A stretch of 63,080 nucleotides of DNA, the filler included, from Aduncisulcus paluster (Eukaryota), in NCBI GenBank assembly GCA_024181965.1. It is 36 parts of 36 records of this genome, joined end to end, with 100 filler letters (N's around TTAATTAATTAA, not from the genome) between each part and the next. Parts side by side here need not be neighbours in the genome. Positions count along the whole stretch, not along the records: positions 1 to 2,376 come from BQXS01002123.1; positions 2,477 to 4,589 come from BQXS01002126.1; positions 4,690 to 7,665 come from BQXS01002132.1; positions 7,766 to 8,886 come from BQXS01002145.1; positions 8,987 to 10,028 come from BQXS01002146.1; positions 10,129 to 11,228 come from BQXS01002158.1; 30 more parts are not named here. One strand, written 5' to 3'. This document shows positions 1 through 10,486 of this stretch, piece after piece. Every line of letters begins with the position of its first letter. Position 1 is the stretch's first letter. A program made the position numbers and the translations under genes. Under the pieces are notes generated by a model. That model worked only from the letters and a program-made list of their open reading frames with translations. It had not been told where the DNA came from and searched no databases.

Positions 1-827
1 AGTGTCACTGAATTTACATTTGAAGTTACTTGTCCTTGAAGTTTAATCATTGCTTTTACTAAGTCTTTATTTGGAGTTGCAATATAACCATATCTCCAAC
101 CTGTCATCGCAACTGCTTTACTGATACCATTTATTGTTACAGTTCTTTGAAACATATCTTCATTTACAGATGCAACAGCAGTGAATTTTTTTCCATCATA
201 GATAATTTTTTCATACATCTCATCTGAAAGTACTAAAATATCTGTTCCTTTTAAAACTTCTGATATCTCTAAAAGTTCCTCTTTTGTATATACTCCACCT
301 GTAGGATTTGAGGGAGTATTAAGTAATAAAATTTTAGTTTTTGGTGTAATTACTTCTTTAAGTTGTTGTGCAGTGATTTTGAAATTTGTTGAATCATCTG
401 TTTCTATAAATACAGGAATACCATTTGAAAATTTCACTTGTTCTGGATATGTTACCCAATAAGGCGCAGGAATAATTACTTCATCTCCATCTTCAATTAA
501 ACATTGAAATAAATTAAATAAAGAGTGTTTTGCTCCATTTGAAACAATAATCTCATCTAAGTTATATTCTAAATTATGATCTTTTTGTAGTTTACTAATA
601 ATTGCTTTTTTTGTTTCTATAGTTCCCTCAACAGCTGTGTATTTAGTATGACCATTTTGAATAGCTTTTATAGCAGCATCTTTAATTATTTGAGGAGTAT
701 CAAAATCTGGTTCTCCTGCACTAAAACTTAAAATATCTTTACCTTGCGATTTAAGATCTCTTGCCATTGCTGTAATAGCCATTGTAACTGATGGAGATAA
801 ATTTTCCATTCTGCTTGCAATTTTCAT
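1..827 (-). CDS. Class I PLP-dependent (aspartate) aminotransferase, 3' end beyond window start
   Basis: Manual translation from ATG 827: MKIASRMENLSPSVTMAITAMARDLKSQGKDILSFSAGEPDFDTP...NTPSNPTG...SDEMY...INGISKAVAMTGWRYGY. Absent from the ORF track. Confidence 0.93.
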   Translation of the reverse strand, partial: MKIASRMENLSPSVTMAITAMARDLKSQGKDILSFSAGEPDFDTPQIIKDAAIKAIQNGHTKYTAVEGTIETKKAIISKLQKDHNLEYNLDEIIVSNGAKHSLFNLFQCLIEDGDEVIIPAPYWVTYPEQVKFSNGIPVFIETDDSTNFKITAQQLKEVITPKTKILLLNTPSNPTGGVYTKEELLEISEVLKGTDILVLSDEMYEKIIYDGKKFTAVASVNEDMFQRTVTINGISKAVAMTGWRYGYIATPNKDLVKAMIKLQGQVTSNVNSVT

Positions 828-860
828 TTATATTCCTTAACATAATATCACTAATAATTT

Positions 861-909
861 GGTGATTATACTTAAAAATTAATCAATATTTTATTAATTA
901 TGATATAAT
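861..909. promoter_or_regulatory. Divergent sigma70 -10 boxes
   Basis: TATAAT on the minus strand at 865-870 upstream of the aminotransferase; extended TGaTATAAT at 901-909 upstream of the lipoprotein/nadB. Confidence 0.55.
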
Positions 910-931
910 ATAAGTACTAATGGAGATTTAA

Positions 932-1036
932 ATGAAGTTTATTTATACAATATTAATGTTTTCAATTTTACTAGTAGGTTGTGGTTATAAAGCGCCTCCT
1001 GTATATGTTGATGACACTGTTGAAAAGAAGAAATAG
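932..1036 (+). CDS. 34-aa lipoprotein, LptM/YifL-like
   Basis: GGAG RBS; MKFIYTILMFSILLVG-CGYKAPPVYVDDTVEKKK has a lipobox LVGC and a CGxKxP motif. Confidence 0.7.
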   Translation: MKFIYTILMFSILLVGCGYKAPPVYVDDTVEKKK

Positions 1037-1042
1037 GTAAAG

Positions 1043-2376
1043 ATGATTTATGATTATTTGATTATAGGTACAGGTATTGCTGGTTTAAACGCAGCAAGGT
1101 TAATACCTAAAGAGAAAAAAGTTTTAGTAGTCTGNNNNNNNNNNNNNNNNNNNNNNNNNNNNNNNNNNNNNNNNNNNNNNNNNNNNNNNNNNNNNNNNNN
1201 NNNNNNNNNNNNNNNNNNNNNNNNNNNNNNNNNNNNNNNNNNNNNNNNNNNNNNNNNNNNNNNNNNNNNNNNNNNNNNNNNNNNNNNNNAGGGGGAGTAG
1301 TTCGAGTTAGAGATGACGATGATATCCCTTTACATATTCAAGACACTCTGAATGCTGGAGTAAATTTGAATGATAAAAATGCTGTTGAAACTTTGAGTAA
1401 TAATTCAATTTCGGCTATTGATGATATGATCAACAATGGTTTTGAGTTTGATAGAAATGCTGAAGGAAAACTTGCTTTTACAAAAGAAGCTGCTCATAGT
1501 ACAAGTAGAATTTTACATGCTGATGGAGATGCAACTGGACGGGTAATTCATATGTATTTACTTAAAGTTTGTCCTCATGAAGTGATTACAGATTCTATTN
1601 NNNNNNNNNNNNNNNNNNNATTGTTATTGATCTATTGTATGAAGATAATATTTGTTATGGTGCACATCTGATTCAAAATGGTAAAGATAGAACTGTGTAT
1701 GCGCATAATACAATTATCGCTTCAGGAGGAGTTGGGTCAATTTATAGATACCATACAAACTCTACTACTATTGCAGGTGATATTCAGGGAATATGTATAG
1801 AAAAAGGTATTGCACTTAAAGATATGGAGATGATGCAGTTTCATCCAACTGTGTATGTTGAAAATGATAAAGCTAGAAAACAACTTTTAAGCGAGGCATT
1901 ACGAGGTGAGGGTGCATTAATAGAAGATGAAGATGGGTATCAGTTTTTAAAAGATTATCATAAAGATAAAGAACTTGCTCCAAGAGATGTTGTTAGTCGT
2001 GCTATATTTGATTATTCTAAAAAGACAGGTTCTAAAATATATCTTTCTTTTCAAAACTTTAGCAAAGACTTTTTTAAAAAAAGGTTCCCAAATATCTATA
2101 AAAATTTAAAAGAGATAGGGTTTGAACTTCCTTTTGAAAGAGTTCCTATAAGTCCTGCTTTTCATTATAGTATGGGTGGAATTGATGTTGATTTAAATTC
2201 AAAAGTTAAAAATGCAAAAAATTTATATGCTGTTGGAGAAGTGGCTTGTACTGGTGTTCATGGTGCAAATCGTTTAGCTTCAAACTCTTTACTAGAAGGA
2301 CTTGTTTTTTCTAAGCTTGCAGTTGAGCATAGTATTAAAGAAAGTTTTCAAATAGATTTAAAGAACTTTAAAGCTA
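1043..2376 (+). CDS. nadB: L-aspartate oxidase (gapped, partial)
   Basis: GxGxAG FAD motif, EAAHS..RILHA, QFHPT, LSEALRGEG, HYSMGG, GVHGANRLASNSLLEG. Confidence 0.95.
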
Positions 2377-2476
2377 NNNNNNNNNNNNNNNNNNNNNNNN
2401 NNNNNNNNNNNNNNNNNNNNTTAATTAATTAANNNNNNNNNNNNNNNNNNNNNNNNNNNNNNNNNNNNNNNNNNNN
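2377..2476. other. Artificial scaffold linker N44-TTAATTAATTAA-N44 (first of 35)
   Basis: The same 12-mer, with stops in all six frames, recurs near 4634, 7710, 8931, 10073, 11273, 12376, 13539, 15060, 17226, 20752, 22157, 23780, 25155, 29201, 30954, 32898, 34632, 36113, 37357, 38999, 41549, 43274, 45052, 46182, 47843, 49161, 50798, 52184, 53832, 56108, 57766, 58897, 60486 and 61713. GC content often jumps across it. Confidence 0.98.
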
Positions 2477-3217
2477 GCGCAGGGTCGTGACGGGATAGAT
2501 GACGACGTTGTATCCGACCTCACGTAGTTGCCCGGCCGTCACGAGGTCGGACTTCCCGAACTCGGTCATGTTGGAGAGCAGCGGAACATCCACTGCGGCA
2601 CGGAACTTCTCGAACTCGTCGATAGTGCTGAGTGCCTCGGTGAAGATGAGATCTGCACCCGCATCGGCATAGGCCTTGGCGCGGTCGATGGCTGCGGGCA
2701 ACCCCTCGATGCCCGCGGCATCGGTGCGTGCGCAGATCACGAAATTGGGGTCGCGCCGGGCCGAAACCGCCGCGCGCAGCCGCCGGATCATCTCGGCGGT
2801 CTCCACGACGGCCTTACCGTCAAGATGCCCGCAGCGCTTCGGATTTACCTGATCCTCGAAGTGGCATCCGGACAGTCCGGCATCTTCGAGGACGGTCACC
2901 GTGCGGGCCGCGCTCATCGGCTCGCCGAAGCCGGTGTCGGCGTCGATGAGTGTGGGCAGATCGCTGACCGTGGCGATTTGACGGCCGCGGGCCGACACCT
3001 CGGTGAGCGTCGTCAGACCGATATCGGGAAGCCCGAGGTCGGCGGAGAGTACCGCGCCCGAGACGTAGATACCCTCGAAGCCGATCTCTTGAATCAGCTT
3101 GGCCACCAACGGTGAGAAGGCGCCGGGGAAGCGAAGCAGCTCACCGGAGGACAAGCCCGCCCGGAACGCGGCACGCTTGGTGGCCGCGTCCGTGGCGGAG
3201 GCAAGAAGTGAACTCAC
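2477..3217 (-). CDS. prpB: 2-methylisocitrate lyase (partial)
   Basis: DADTGFG, EDQ..PKRCGH and ARTDA motifs; start overlaps the prpD stop. Confidence 0.95.
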
Positions 3218-4589
3218 TGGAAAATCCCGTCCGGGGTCGTCGGTGCCTTGTCCAGAACCACGGCGTCCACAAGTGGGTTGAGCTCGCTGAGCGATCCGGG
3301 CTTGAGATTGGCCAATCCCTGTGCCACCGAGAGGAATCGCTCCTGCTCTTGCGGCTCGATGACGCCATCGGAGAGCACGGTGAACTTGTTGACGTAGTTG
3401 TCACGGGCGAAGGGACGGGCCCCCAGCGGGTGCGCGTCGGCGATCGCCAGTTCGTCGGTGATCACCTCACCGTTCTTGAGGGTGACGACGGCCTTACANN
3501 NNNNNNNNNNNNNNNNNNTCGAGTGGTAGCGCCGGGTCCACTCGGGGTCCTCGACCGTGCTGATCTTGTTCCACAACTCGATGGTCTCGGGACGGTGAGC
3601 ACGCTCCGGGGCGTACGAGCGCTCGTGATGCCAGGTGCCGTCCTCGAGCGCGACGGCGAAGATGTACATCACCGAGTGATCCAGCGTCTCGCGCGAGGCG
3701 TCGGGATCGAACTTCTGCGGGTCGTTGGATCCGGTACCGATCACCACGTGGGTGTGGTGGCTGGTGTGCAGCACGACGGTGGCGATCTGTGAAAGGTCAC
3801 CGATGCGGTCACGGAGCCTGCGGGCCAAGTCGATGGGTGCCTGGCTCTGGTACTCGGCGGAGTGTTCCTTGGTGTAGCTGTCCAGGANNNNNNNNNNNNN
3901 NNNNNNNCGGCACCTCGTAGACCTTCTCGGGACCACCGAGTAGCCAGGCGATGACGCCGTCCTCGCCTTCCCAGATGGGGGAGGGCGCACCCTCGCCACG
4001 CATCGCGCGGTCGACGGCTTCGATCGCGACCTTGCCGGCCCATGCCGGGGCGTACGCCTTCCAGCTGGAGATGAGCCCCTTGCGGGACTGCCGGGTCGCG
4101 GTGGTGAGATGCAGCGCCTGTCCGATGGCCTGGTAGATCGTCTCGGTGTCGAGCTTCAGCATGGTGCCCAAACCGGCGGCCACGGAGGGACCCAGGTGTG
4201 CGACGTGGTCAATCTTGTGTTCGTGCAGGCAGATTCCGCGGGTCAGGTTGATCTGCGTTTCGTAGGCCGTGGCCAGGCCGCGAATCAGGTCGTTGCCGCC
4301 GATGCCGAGCTGCTGCGCGACGGCCACCAGTGGGGGAATGTTGTCGCCGGGGTGGGAGTAGTCGGCGGCCAGGAAGGTGTCGTGGAAGTCGAGTTCACGT
4401 ACCGCTACGCCGTTGGCCCAGGCGGCCCACTCGGCGGAGTACCCACCACCGATGCCGAAGACGTTGGCGCCGGTCGATACCGCATGTGCCTGAGCCTGGC
4501 GGCGCGCCACGGTAACGGGACGACGGATGACGGAGGCGGCGCTGACGGCGGCGTTGTCGATGACCCGGTTGATCACCATGGCCTCGGTG
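3214..4589 (-). CDS. prpD: 2-methylcitrate dehydratase (gapped, partial)
   Basis: [51 protein letters not shown]. Confidence 0.95.
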
Positions 4590-4689
4590 NNNNNNNNNNN
4601 NNNNNNNNNNNNNNNNNNNNNNNNNNNNNNNNNTTAATTAATTAANNNNNNNNNNNNNNNNNNNNNNNNNNNNNNNNNNNNNNNNNNNN

Positions 4690-5400
4690 ACAGGCTGGCC
4701 AGCTGAACGTTCTCCCGCGCGATGTAGCGCCAGACATCCAGCTCGGTCCAGTTGCTGATCGGGAACACCCGGACATGCTCGCCCGGGGCATGCCGACCGT
4801 TGTACAGGCTCCACAACTCGGGGCGCTGTTTCTTGGGATCCCACTGGCCGAACGCATTGCGCAGGCTGAAGATTCGCTCCTTGGCGCGCGAGCGCTCCTC
4901 ATCGCGGCGCCCGCCGCCCAACACCGCGTCGAACTTGTTGTCGGTGATGGCTTCCAGCAGCGGAATGGTCTGCAGCGGATTGCGGATTCCGTCGGGCCGC
5001 TCGGTCAGACGGCCGTCGGCCAGGTAGTCCTCGACGTTCGCGACCACCAGGCGCAGGTTGTGGCGTTCCACGATCTCGTCGCGGAAGGCCAGCACCTCGG
5101 GGAGGTTGTGCCCGGTGTCGACATGCAGCAGCGCGAAGGGCAGCGGTGCGGGCCAAAAGGCCTTGAGCGCGGTGTGCAGCAGCACCGTCGAGTCTTTGCC
5201 GCCGGAGAACAGCAGCACCGGGCGCTCGAACTCGCCGGCCACTTCGCGGATGATGTGAATCGACTCGGATTCCAGATCGGTAAGTGTCTCTGTCTGATTC
5301 AACNNNNNNNNNNNNNNNNNNNNNNNNNNNNNNNNNNNNNNNNNNNNNNNNNNNNNNNNGTCTGATTCAACGCAGCTTCCGTTCCGATTTGAGTCGTCAT
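4690..5400 (-). CDS. cysD: Sulfate adenylyltransferase subunit 2 (partial)
   Basis: FSGGKDS PP-loop, HVDTGHN, GGRRDEERSRAKERIFS. ATG 5400 overlaps the cysH stop (ATGA). Confidence 0.95.
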
Positions 5401-6119
5401 GAGGCGTGCAACCCGCATTCTGTCTTGGAGAGGCCCTGCCAGCGTCCGCTGCGTGCGTCGCCGCCGAGAACCGGTTTGGCCGTGCACGGCGCACAGCCGA
5501 TCGACGGATATCCCTCGTCCACAAGCGGATTCACCAGGGTTCCGTGTTCGTCGATGTACTTCTGCATGTCTTCGTCGGTCCATGCCGCGATCGCGTTGAT
5601 CTTGACCAGCCCGAATGCCTCGTCGAAGCTGATCAACGGTGCGTTGGCGCGCGTCGGCGCGTCGACGCGGCGCAGCCCCGTCACCCAGGCCGAGTATCCG
5701 GCGAGCGACTTGCGCAGCGGCACCACCTTGCGCAGCCGGCAGCATTCGGCGGGATCGCTGGCGAACAGGTCCTTGCCCACCAGCTCGTCCTGCTGTGCCA
5801 CCGTCTGTTCGGGGGCCACGTTGACCACGTGGATGTCGTACACCGACTCCACCGCATCGCGGGTGCCGATCGTCTCGGCGAAGTGATACCCGGTGTCCAA
5901 GAACAGCACGTCGACGCCCGGACGCACCTGTGCTGCAAGGTCAACCAGCACCGCGTCCTGCATGTTGGAGGCGACAACATAGGTGTGCGGGTCGCTCCCG
6001 AAGTTCTCGTCGGTCCACCGCAGCAGTTCCTCGGCAGAGGCACCCTGCAATTCGGCGGCACCCCGCTCGGCGAGCGCGCGAAGTGCGTCGAGATCCTTGG
6101 TGGTTGTCTCCGTGCTCAT
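5397..6119 (-). CDS. cysH: APS/PAPS reductase
   Basis: LDTGYHF, CC.LRK, GYPSIGCAPCT, terminal ECGLH. Confidence 0.96.
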   Translation of the reverse strand: MSTETTTKDLDALRALAERGAAELQGASAEELLRWTDENFGSDPHTYVVASNMQDAVLVDLAAQVRPGVDVLFLDTGYHFAETIGTRDAVESVYDIHVVNVAPEQTVAQQDELVGKDLFASDPAECCRLRKVVPLRKSLAGYSAWVTGLRRVDAPTRANAPLISFDEAFGLVKINAIAAWTDEDMQKYIDEHGTLVNPLVDEGYPSIGCAPCTAKPVLGGDARSGRWQGLSKTECGLHAS

Positions 6120-7665
6120 CGCAAGTCCGCCTCCTCAGCGCGAACGGCCCACTGCGCGAAGCGCTCTCCGTCCGTGCGTTGGCTGACGAAGTTGCGCACC
6201 ACCCGATCGATATAGTCGCCAAGCTCGGTGCTGGTGACCTTGTGCTGACGCAGCTTCCGGCCAAATCCACTGTCGAGGCCCAGGCTTCCGCCGAGGTGCA
6301 CCTGGAAGCCTTCGACGCTGTTCCCGTCTCCGTCGTCAACCATCTGACCCTTGAAGCCGATGTCGGCGACCTGCGATCGGGCGCAGGAGTTCGGGCAGCC
6401 GTTGATGTTGATGGTCACCGGGGTGTCGATCTGAGCGTTCAAGTCGTCCAGCCGCTTGTCGAGTTCCGGTACCAGATCCTGTGCGCGCTTGCGGGTTTCG
6501 GTGAACGAGAGCTTGCAGAACTCGATACCGGTGCAGGCCATCAGGTTCTTGCGCCAGTGTGACGGGCGGGAGGGCAGGCCGAGTGCGTCGAGTCCCTCGG
6601 TGAGCTCGCCGATCTTGTCGTCAGGCACGTCGAGGATGATCAGCTTCTGGTACGGCGTAAACCGAACGCGGTCCGATCCGGCCTTCTCGGCGAGGTCGGC
6701 GACCGCCGACAGGATCGTTCCCGATACCCGGCCCGCAATGGGGGAGACGCCGACGGCATTGAGCCCGTTCTTGAGACGCTGCACGCCCACGTGGTCGATG
6801 GGATGCGGCGGCGGCACCAGCGCGGGCCCGTCGATGAGCTTGCGCTTGAGGTACTCGGTCTCGAGAACTTCGCGGAATTTCTCGACGCCCCAGTCCTTGA
6901 CCAAGAACTTCAACCGGGCCTTGGCGCGCAACCGTCGGTAGCCGTAGTCGCGGAAGATGCTGACGACGCCTTCCCAGACGTCGGGAACCTCGTCCAGGGG
7001 TACCCACACGCCCAGGCGTTGGGCCAGCATGGGGTTAGTCGACAGACCGCCNNNNNNNNNNNNNNNNNNNNCCGCCACCCACCCACACGTCCAGACCGGG
7101 GCCGTGCTCGGGGTGGACGACGCCGATGAACGCGACGTCGTTGATCTCGTGCACGACGTCCTGCAACCCGGAAATGGCGGTCTTGAACTTGCGGGGAAGG
7201 TTCGCGTACTCCTTCTTCCCGATGTAGCGCCGCACGATCTCGTCGATGGCAGGCGTCGGGTCCAGCACCTCGTCGAGGGATTCGCCGGCCAACGGGGACC
7301 CGAGGATCACACGCGGGCAGTCGCCGCATGCCTGGGTGGTGTGCAGACCCACCTCGTCCAGGCGGCGCCAGATTTCCGGCATGTCCTCGACCCGGATCCA
7401 GTGGTACTGGACGTTTTCCCGATCGGAGAGATCGGCGGTGTCCCGGGCGTACTTGGTCGACAGGTCACCCAGGGTGCGCAGAGCGTTGACGGTCAACGCA
7501 CCGCCGTCGGAACGGACCCGCAGCATGAAGTGCTCGTCCTCGAGCATGTCGGTGTTCTCGTCACCGGTCCAGCTGCCGTCGTATCCGGGCTTGCGCTGCG
7601 TGTAGAGGCCCCACCAGCGGAACCGGCCGCGCAGGTCGGTCTTGTCGATGCTCTCGAAACCCTGC
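6116..7665 (-). CDS. sirA: Ferredoxin-dependent sulfite reductase (partial)
   Basis: GLYTQR, ACGDCPR, LPRKFK, MACTGIEFCK and NGCPNSCAR siroheme/4Fe-4S ligands. Confidence 0.93.
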
Positions 7666-7765
7666 NNNNNNNNNNNNNNNNNNNNNNNNNNNNNNNNNNN
7701 NNNNNNNNNTTAATTAATTAANNNNNNNNNNNNNNNNNNNNNNNNNNNNNNNNNNNNNNNNNNNN

Positions 7766-8703
7766 AACTTAAACAAATTGGTGCACAAATTGAAGTAGAT
7801 GTATACTTTGAAGAAAATGAAACCAATCCAGTTAAAATAGCTAAAAATGCAAAGAAAAAAGCAGAAGATGGTTTATATGATGTTTTATTTATAGATACAG
7901 CAGGTCGACTAGCAATTGATGATGAACTTATGACTGAACTAGCAGATGTAAAAAATGCAGTAAATCCAGATGAAGTATTTTATGTAGCAGATTCATTAAC
8001 AGGACATGATGCAACAAAAACAGCGACTACATTTAAAGAAAAAATCGGAATCGATGGTGTAATCTTATCAAAATATGATGGGGACACTAAAGGTGGTGTT
8101 GCTATATCTATTGCTCATCAAGTGCAAGTACCATTAAGATTTATCGGTATTGGTGAGAAAATGCCAGATATCGAACCATTTATTCCAGATAGAATCGTAT
8201 CTAGACTTATGGGACAAGGAGATATAGAAGGTTTATCTGAAAAAGCTGCATCAGTTATCGATGAGAAAAAAGCTAAAGAGGTAACTAAAAAAATCAGAAA
8301 AGGTGAATTTAACTTCTCTGACTTTTTAGAACAACTAGATATGATGAAAAAAATGGGTTCTATGAAATCTATCCTTGGTATGATTCCGGGTATGGGAAAT
8401 ATGGCAAACCAATTAAAAGATATGGATTTAGAAAACTCAGGTGAAATTGTAAGAATTAAAGCACTAATCTCTTCTATGACTCCAAAAGAGAGAGAAACAC
8501 CAAGTCTTATCAATCTTTCAAGAAAAAGAAGACTCTCTCGTGGTGCTGGACTTTCAGAAGTACAAGTAAACAAAATCCTAAAGCAGTTCAAAAATGCTGC
8601 AAAGATGGCAAAAAAGATGTCGGGAAAAGGTGGCATGAAAGATATGCAAAAAATGATGTCCCAAATGGGTGGGCAAGGTGGAATGCCAAACTTACCTAGA
8701 TAG
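7766..8703 (+). CDS. ffh: Signal recognition particle protein (5' partial)
   Basis: DTAGR, SKYDGDTKGG, Met-rich M domain with SMT.KER and SRKRR. Confidence 0.96.
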
Positions 8704-8716
8704 GTAAAATGTACTG

Positions 8717-8761
8717 ATGTCAAGTGCTAAATATTAAACTCTAATGTTTAGCACTTGATAT
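8717..8761. terminator. ~20-bp stem-loop between ffh and rpsP
   Basis: ATGTCAAGTGCTAAATATTA / TAATGTTTAGCACTTGATAT inverted repeat with two G-U pairs; no U-tract. Confidence 0.55.
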
Positions 8762-8793
8762 ACAAGTTAACAAAACAAATTAAAGGAATTAAA

Positions 8794-8886
8794 ATGACAG
8801 TAATTAGACTTACAAGAATGGGAAGAAACAAAAAACCATTTTACAGAATCGTTGTAACAGATAGCAGAAAAAGAAGAGATTCAGGT
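8794..8886 (+). CDS. rpsP: 30S ribosomal protein S16 (partial)
   Basis: [31 protein letters not shown], directly after ffh. Confidence 0.96.
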
Positions 8887-8986
8887 NNNNNNNNNNNNNN
8901 NNNNNNNNNNNNNNNNNNNNNNNNNNNNNNTTAATTAATTAANNNNNNNNNNNNNNNNNNNNNNNNNNNNNNNNNNNNNNNNNNNN

Positions 8987-10028
8987 CTGTAACGATTGGT
9001 ATGAATCGACCTCGATGGAGTATCATCAGTGACACAACCAAAGAAGGAGGAGCCACGTCAAGTAATGTTGTAGGAGACACACAAGAAATGGGAGACATTG
9101 GACATGGTCATACTTTAACTCCTGGATCTGGGCCGATTGTTCGTACAGCTGGTGGTACACGGTTCAGACCAACGCAAGCCCTGTCTTCGCTTGCTCTCCC
9201 TCTCCTTCATGGAATTCGTGCTGAAGATCAAGCGAAACAAGTTATTCATTGGTCCAATCTGGTCTTTGACGAGAGTGCCATTCCCTCGTATTCAAAGGTA
9301 CAGTGCAGAATCAAGGAGATAAGAGACTATGAAACAGTGTCAAGAGTGATTGAAGGGGACTTTATTGAAGAATGGAGGGAGTATGGGGAAGGTTGGCATA
9401 TGAGAGAATTGGAGAGGAAGAAGAGAGAGAGAGAGAGGAAGAACCGAAAGAGAGAGAGAGAGGGAAAGGCAAGCAAAGAAGAATTCTTCAATGTTATCCA
9501 ATGAACTCCAAGTTAGTGGGAAGAACGAAGAGGTAGAAGAGGGTGATGATTGGGAAGATATGGTGGTTGGAGACAGTGGTTCTGTATTTCTGACTCAAGC
9601 TGACACACAATATGGGTTCTCCGGCAGCCCCTCTGTGCGTGACGATGTTGATGGCGTGTGTTCGACTGCTGTTGAGCGAGAAAAGGAGCTGAATGAGCTT
9701 GAGAAGCAGCTCAAGTATGTTCATGAGCACAGTGAGTGGAGGCCTGATCCCAAGTACCGTCATGTGAACACTGTCGGTCTGTTCTCCGCCCTTAAGCATG
9801 CGCTCGACAACCCTTTGATTGATTCACGGACCCTCAAGCAAAAGAAACTGTCCTCCCAAACGCACACTCTCGGCACTAAGCGGATGCGAGGAAAGCCAAG
9901 ACATCATCTCTCGAAGACGGTTGCCTTCCCGCCCATGTCTTCGTCTGGTTCATGTGATGACGAGTTCCAAGGTGTATCGACGAAGCCAAGGATCGTGTGT
10001 GCGGATATGGTGAAGACTCTGCGAGGGT
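8987..10028 (+). CDS. Hypothetical, probably eukaryotic protein fragment (two overlapping frames)
   Basis: ORFs 9001-9504 and 9491->10028; low-complexity charged sequence; no recognisable domain. Confidence 0.4.
9421..9462 (+). repeat. Interrupted (GA)n microsatellite
   Basis: aagagagagagagagagg...agagagagagagag, read as RERERE. Confidence 0.85.
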
Positions 10029-10274
10029 NNNNNNNNNNNNNNNNNNNNNNNNNNNNNNNNNNNNNNNNNNNNTTAATTAATTAANNNNNNNNNNNNNNNN
10101 NNNNNNNNNNNNNNNNNNNNNNNNNNNNAGACAAACCAGAGGAAAACCCCGGCCAGGAGCCCAAGAAAAAGGGTTGAGAAAAACAAGATTCACTGCGTAA
10201 CCGATTAAACCAAGGCGAACAACCGGTAGACCAAAACGAACTGGCAAACCCAGGAGAATAATACCCACTTGCAC

Positions 10275-10486
10275 TGTAACCGTTGAAGTCGGAGCGTGAA
10301 GTCAGGAGCATACCTCTGCTTGTAACCGTGGGAGTCGGAGCAAGAGAACGTGTAGAAACCTTCGAGCGTGTAACCGTGGAAGTCGGAACATGGCGGACTG
10401 GAAAACACCCTCGTGTGGAGCTGGAGGAGCCAGACCACGACGTCACCAGGTCAGACCACCTTGTACACAACCGTGGAAGTCGGACT
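10275..10486. repeat. Four dispersed 21-nt direct repeats, consensus TGTAACCGTGGAAGTCGGAGC
   Basis: Copies start at 10275, 10321, 10369 and 10466, separated by unrelated 25, 27 and 76 nt sequences. Confidence 0.8.

Noticed and set aside
2421-2432. TTAATTAATTAA as a biological repeat or att site
   Set aside because: It is always centred in 44+44 Ns and has stops in all six frames, so it is an artificial joiner.
8722-8756. CIRCE/HrcA operator (AGTGCTAA and TTAGCACT half-sites)
   Set aside because: The half-sites are in the reverse order with the wrong spacing and are not upstream of chaperone genes.
10275-10486. Calling the 21-nt repeats a CRISPR array
   Set aside because: Repeats are short and non-identical, not palindromic, irregularly spaced and have no cas gene nearby. 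Kept only as an unexplained repeat.
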